64,000 bases of DNA. It comes from Candidatus Heimdallarchaeum endolithica. Its GTDB lineage: Archaea > Asgardarchaeota > Heimdallarchaeia > Heimdallarchaeales > Heimdallarchaeaceae. Positions 60,418 through 64,000 of the stretch are shown here, one piece after another; within the stretch, counting starts at the first letter, position 1; each line of letters begins with the position of its first letter. The position numbers and the translations under genes were made by a program. The stretch lies in assembly GCA_021513715.1 (NCBI GenBank), contig CP084167.1, positions 2,976,001 through 3,040,000 of the forward strand. Direction: 5' to 3'. The notes below the pieces were generated by a model. The model was not told the DNA's origin, did no database searches, and saw nothing but the letters and a program-made list of their open reading frames with translations.

Positions 60418-60885
60418 ATGAGAAAATTGTTAAGGTCTAAAAAAGCACAACTGTTTGTTATTGAAGCTTTTATTGCTGTTTCTGTAATGTTGATAATGGT
60501 TATTGCTATTTATGAAGTACAATTAGCAACAGTTCCTCCGAAAGATCAAGGATATACAGAATTAACCTATAATATACTAGAGGCTCTAGATCAAAGTGGA
60601 CTACTTGAAGAGTATGTTATTGCTCTTAAATCTGGAAATTCAACTAATATCGAAATTGTTCAAGATAATATAAGTTTGGCAGTTTACTCATCATTACCTG
60701 AAAATTCAGATTTTTACTTCTATTGCAAAAATATAACCTCAAACGAGGTAATTACCTCAAGCATAATAAATATTTTAGATACAGAACAAGTGAATATTTT
60801 CACTTCAGAATATCTAGTTACAGAGGTTAATGGGACGTTTGATCCTTATAGTTTCTATTTAGCTGTTTGGGTGGTAGGTGTTTAA
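60418..60885 (+). CDS. Pilin-like protein with class III signal peptide
   Basis: KKA|QLFVIEAFIAVSVMLI. Confidence 0.78.
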   Translation: MRKLLRSKKAQLFVIEAFIAVSVMLIMVIAIYEVQLATVPPKDQGYTELTYNILEALDQSGLLEEYVIALKSGNSTNIEIVQDNISLAVYSSLPENSDFYFYCKNITSNEVITSSIINILDTEQVNIFTSEYLVTEVNGTFDPYSFYLAVWVVGV

Positions 60886-61567
60886 TATGAATATAAGAAA
60901 ATTCTTTCAAAATAAAAAAGGAGAAGTATTTATTTTACTTGCTTTGGTTATTCTACTTTATCTAATGTTGTTGTCTACAACAATTTATAACGTTACTCAG
61001 ATTCCTTATATTGAACCTTCACCCGAGCAAGACCAGACAAACAATTATATAGAAAATGCTATTTCTGCACTCTATAATCTTGTTGATGTGGCTCTAAACG
61101 AGTATTCTCATGGCTCTGAAGAAACAACTGTTAGAGGTAATTTTATTGATAATGTTAAAATAATTGAAAATTATCTTGATGAACGTAATCTTGTGGCTAC
61201 TTTCTCAGTAAATGAAACAAGTTTCAGTATTACAAACTCTTCTATGAGTGTAAATCCTGTTTATATATCTTTCAAATGTTCTGTTTCAATCTCAATAATT
61301 TCAATAAATGAAAGATTTGAAACTACTTTAGCAATTAACGTAAGCTATTATGTTGAAATATCTGAACTGTTAGGAAATGAAAATTATATCTATTGCTATT
61401 CAATTAAACAAGGTATAGAATATCCTTTAAGTGATTGTCAAGTTACAATCTCTCCAGCAACTACAGTTACAAATATTGGAGACGGAAGTTATATGGCTGA
61501 CCTCCAAACTGGACAATTAATAAAAGTGGTTTTCAACAATAATATTCTTTTATGGAAAGAAGTGTAA
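60878..61567 (+). CDS. Pilin-like protein with class III signal peptide
   Basis: NKKG|EVFILLALVILLY. Confidence 0.7.
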   Translation: MFNMNIRKFFQNKKGEVFILLALVILLYLMLLSTTIYNVTQIPYIEPSPEQDQTNNYIENAISALYNLVDVALNEYSHGSEETTVRGNFIDNVKIIENYLDERNLVATFSVNETSFSITNSSMSVNPVYISFKCSVSISIISINERFETTLAINVSYYVEISELLGNENYIYCYSIKQGIEYPLSDCQVTISPATTVTNIGDGSYMADLQTGQLIKVVFNNNILLWKEV

Positions 61568-61623
61568 AAAAAGAAGGATGAGAGAAGTAAAAATTTACTC
61601 TTGTATTCATTTTTATTCTTTTA

Positions 61624-62253
61624 TTATTGAATATCAATAGACACTCCTTCATCTTTTTCTTTTTCTTTGCGTTGAATAACAACTTCTAATACTCCATTGT
61701 TGTATTTTGCTTTAGCAGTTTCAATTTTTACAGGAACAGGTAAATCTATTTTCTTTTCGTATTTTCTATCTTTGGAATGTGCTTTTATACTTAATCTTGA
61801 CTCTGATCCTGTGAGTTTAATATCTCCTTTACTAATTCCTGGGACTTCAGCAATAACTCTAACTTTGTCTTTTTCCTTAAAAATATCGATTAATGGTTCT
61901 CTAACGTCATAAGTTTCTATATGCCCTGTTCCTTTAGGTTTTACATTCCCAAACTGTCTAAAACTTGGTTTTCCATCAGGGTCAAATCCAATTTGAAAAC
62001 CATAAACAAATTGATTTCTTAATAAATCTTCTAAACTTGTGTCTGCATCTAGATTTCTTTGTAGGTTCTTCATTAATTCTTTAATCATATTATCAATCAT
62101 TCTTCCAAAACTTGAACCTTTCATGAACGGTAAAAATTGTTCCATAAATTCATCTATATCAAATCCATCAAATGTAAAATCATCAATTTTGAAAGGAAAT
62201 GGAAAGTCGTCATCATCTGGTTTTTTATCTTTCTTTTTTTTGTTATTAGGCAT
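61624..62253 (-). CDS. Archaeal small heat shock protein Hsp20
   Basis: YGFQIGFDPDGKP..RQFGNV, EPLIDI, AEVPG, AKYNNGVLEV. Confidence 0.92.
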   Translation of the reverse strand: MPNNKKKKDKKPDDDDFPFPFKIDDFTFDGFDIDEFMEQFLPFMKGSSFGRMIDNMIKELMKNLQRNLDADTSLEDLLRNQFVYGFQIGFDPDGKPSFRQFGNVKPKGTGHIETYDVREPLIDIFKEKDKVRVIAEVPGISKGDIKLTGSESRLSIKAHSKDRKYEKKIDLPVPVKIETAKAKYNNGVLEVVIQRKEKEKDEGVSIDIQ

Positions 62254-62350
62254 TTTATCACCAATCAGACTTATTGTAATTCACAAATATAAACTTAACA
62301 ATATAAACAAAAAAAGAAAGAAAAATGGAATACAATATCTGTCTGTTTAT

Positions 62351-63880
62351 TTATCTTAGTGCTTTCTTTGCTTTTTCTATTGTTCTATCAGGGTCAGAGT
62401 TATACTCTTGAATGATTGAAGCTACATCTTCAAAGTAACGAATTCTTTTCTTTACCATCCATCTTAAAACAGTTTTTCTTCTCTCAAGTTCGTCGTGGAT
62501 ATCTTGCTCTGTTTTTCCTGTATTCTCCATTATTTTTTCTAAAACATAACTTCGGCCAAAGTAAATAAATGAATCTTCTCTAGGATTCCACTGAAATACT
62601 TTGTTTGTGAGTATTTCTTCTGTAACAGGGTCTAGACCTATTAGTTCAGTAACTGTTTGTGTTCTTCTTGCAAATTTGCCTTGATGACGGACTTTTCTAA
62701 CTACATGAATAATATCCAGACTTTTCATCATATTTCTTGGAATGTTCATTGGTTTACTCTCGAGTCTATGAATAACACCTTCTACAGAGTCACCGTGAAT
62801 GGTTCCTAGACCTCTGTGTCCTGTACTCATTGCTTGGAACATTGCATAGGCCTCTTGTCCTCTTATTTCTCCTACAATAATGTAGTCTGGCCTTTGTCTC
62901 ATAGCTGCTCGAAGTAGTTCATACATAGATATTTGACCCCGCCTATAACCTGTTTCTGTTGCTTCTCCGAAACCTGAACGGACTACGCTTGGAATCCAGT
63001 TTTCGTGTGCTAGATTTAATTCTGCTGTATCTTCAATTGTAACAATTTTCATATCTGGTTTAATCATCATACTTAAGGTGTTAAGCAAAGTTGTTTTTCC
63101 TGCAGCTGTTCCTCCAGCTACGAGAATAGATACATTATGTTCCATGATGAACCAATAGTAAGCTGCGATTTCAATGTCAATTGTGTTGTAAAGAATTAGA
63201 TCTGTAATTGTAAAGGGATCAGCCTTAAACTTACGGATAGTAAATGTTGACCCTCTTTGAGTAACTTCTTTTCCATATGTTAGTTGCACTCTGCTTCCAT
63301 CTTCCAGACTCGCATCTAACAAAGGATTAGCAATACTTACATGTCGTCCTGCTCTTTGAGCTAATTTGATAATAAAACTATTCAATTCGTCCTCAGAGTC
63401 AAAAGATACATTTGTAGCTATTGATTCATATTTTCGATGCCAAACATAAATAGGAATACCTATACCGTCACATGATATGTCTTCGATATTAGGGTCAAGC
63501 ATAAGAGGTTGTATCTTTCCAAAACCAATGAGATCTCTTGTTAAGTAATACATTATTTTCTCGAATTGGTTTTCATTTAGTTTTATACGATATCTCTTGA
63601 TAACGTCAACTATTTTCTTTTTTAGATATTCTTCTGCTTTAGTGAAATCCTTGAGAACGCTAAAATCTACATCTAGTTCTTCAATGAGAATCTCTAAAAT
63701 CTTGTTGTAGATAGCTTTTTCTTTGCTATCTAATGGTATTTCAACAACCATATATTGAGTTCTCTGTGTAACAGGATTTGTTTGTATTAATACATAACTG
63801 AAAGGGGGACTAACAGGATAAGTTTCTTCTAAAAGAGGAACTGAACTGTCAATTGACATTGTACCGAAATTTTCATCCAT
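62351..63880 (-). CDS. Type II/IV secretion (VirB11/TadA/FlaI-like) pilus assembly ATPase
   Basis: IEDISCDG, FTIRKF, GGTAAGKTT, TIEDTAEL, RQRPDYIIVGEIRG, TGH..GTIH. Confidence 0.93.
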   Translation of the reverse strand: MDENFGTMSIDSSVPLLEETYPVSPPFSYVLIQTNPVTQRTQYMVVEIPLDSKEKAIYNKILEILIEELDVDFSVLKDFTKAEEYLKKKIVDVIKRYRIKLNENQFEKIMYYLTRDLIGFGKIQPLMLDPNIEDISCDGIGIPIYVWHRKYESIATNVSFDSEDELNSFIIKLAQRAGRHVSIANPLLDASLEDGSRVQLTYGKEVTQRGSTFTIRKFKADPFTITDLILYNTIDIEIAAYYWFIMEHNVSILVAGGTAAGKTTLLNTLSMMIKPDMKIVTIEDTAELNLAHENWIPSVVRSGFGEATETGYRRGQISMYELLRAAMRQRPDYIIVGEIRGQEAYAMFQAMSTGHRGLGTIHGDSVEGVIHRLESKPMNIPRNMMKSLDIIHVVRKVRHQGKFARRTQTVTELIGLDPVTEEILTNKVFQWNPREDSFIYFGRSYVLEKIMENTGKTEQDIHDELERRKTVLRWMVKKRIRYFEDVASIIQEYNSDPDRTIEKAKKALR

Positions 63881-64000
63881 TTTATCTCTATATCGTTAAA
63901 GCATTCATTACTTATAATTTTTTTGAATTTATCTAATGAAAAAGGGAAAAAGTGAAAAAGAAAGTATGAGAATTTAAATGCACAGTGATTACTAAATATA

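Noticed and set aside
485-62359. Many short ORFs antisense to or nested in long genes (e.g. 2941, 7142, 8148, 12459, 26110, 40766, 48194, 55378, 62039)
   Set aside because: Shadow frames of well-supported genes or low-complexity pyrimidine tracts; no motifs.
1-64000. tRNA/rRNA genes
   Set aside because: No GC-rich cloverleaf or rRNA-like segment recognised by eye; tRNAscan-SE/Infernal would be decisive.

Overview
AT-rich archaeal chromosomal window. The gene content points to an Asgard archaeon, probably Heimdallarchaeia-like (inference): two Rab-like GTPases, a gelsolin-like protein, a longin-V4R fusion, a membrane RING protein, a GOLPH3/Vps74-like protein, Alba, RadA, a DGGGP-synthase-like UbiA protein and an archaeal type IV pilus locus. 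Positions ~3.6-9.6 kb form an accessory island. Two directly oriented, defective IS6-family copies bracket (i) a secreted caspase-fold (His-Cys) protease fused to a hydrophobic C-terminal domain plus a small membrane partner, a candidate self-processing toxin/immunity pair, and (ii) a solo TnpB with a Fanzor-type rearranged RuvC site and a structured omega-RNA-like right end. An intact IS5-like element (15-bp TIRs, 10-bp TSD) lies at 55228-56227. The rest is metabolic, transport, surface and signalling genes. These include three candidate undescribed modules: a 3TM+3TM+longin-V4R operon, a CPBP/Rce1 protease + Rab-like GTPase + HEAT-repeat operon, and a family of three coiled-coil/winged-helix proteins. 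I recognised no rRNA, tRNA or CRISPR array. All calls come from reading motifs by eye; no database searches were run.
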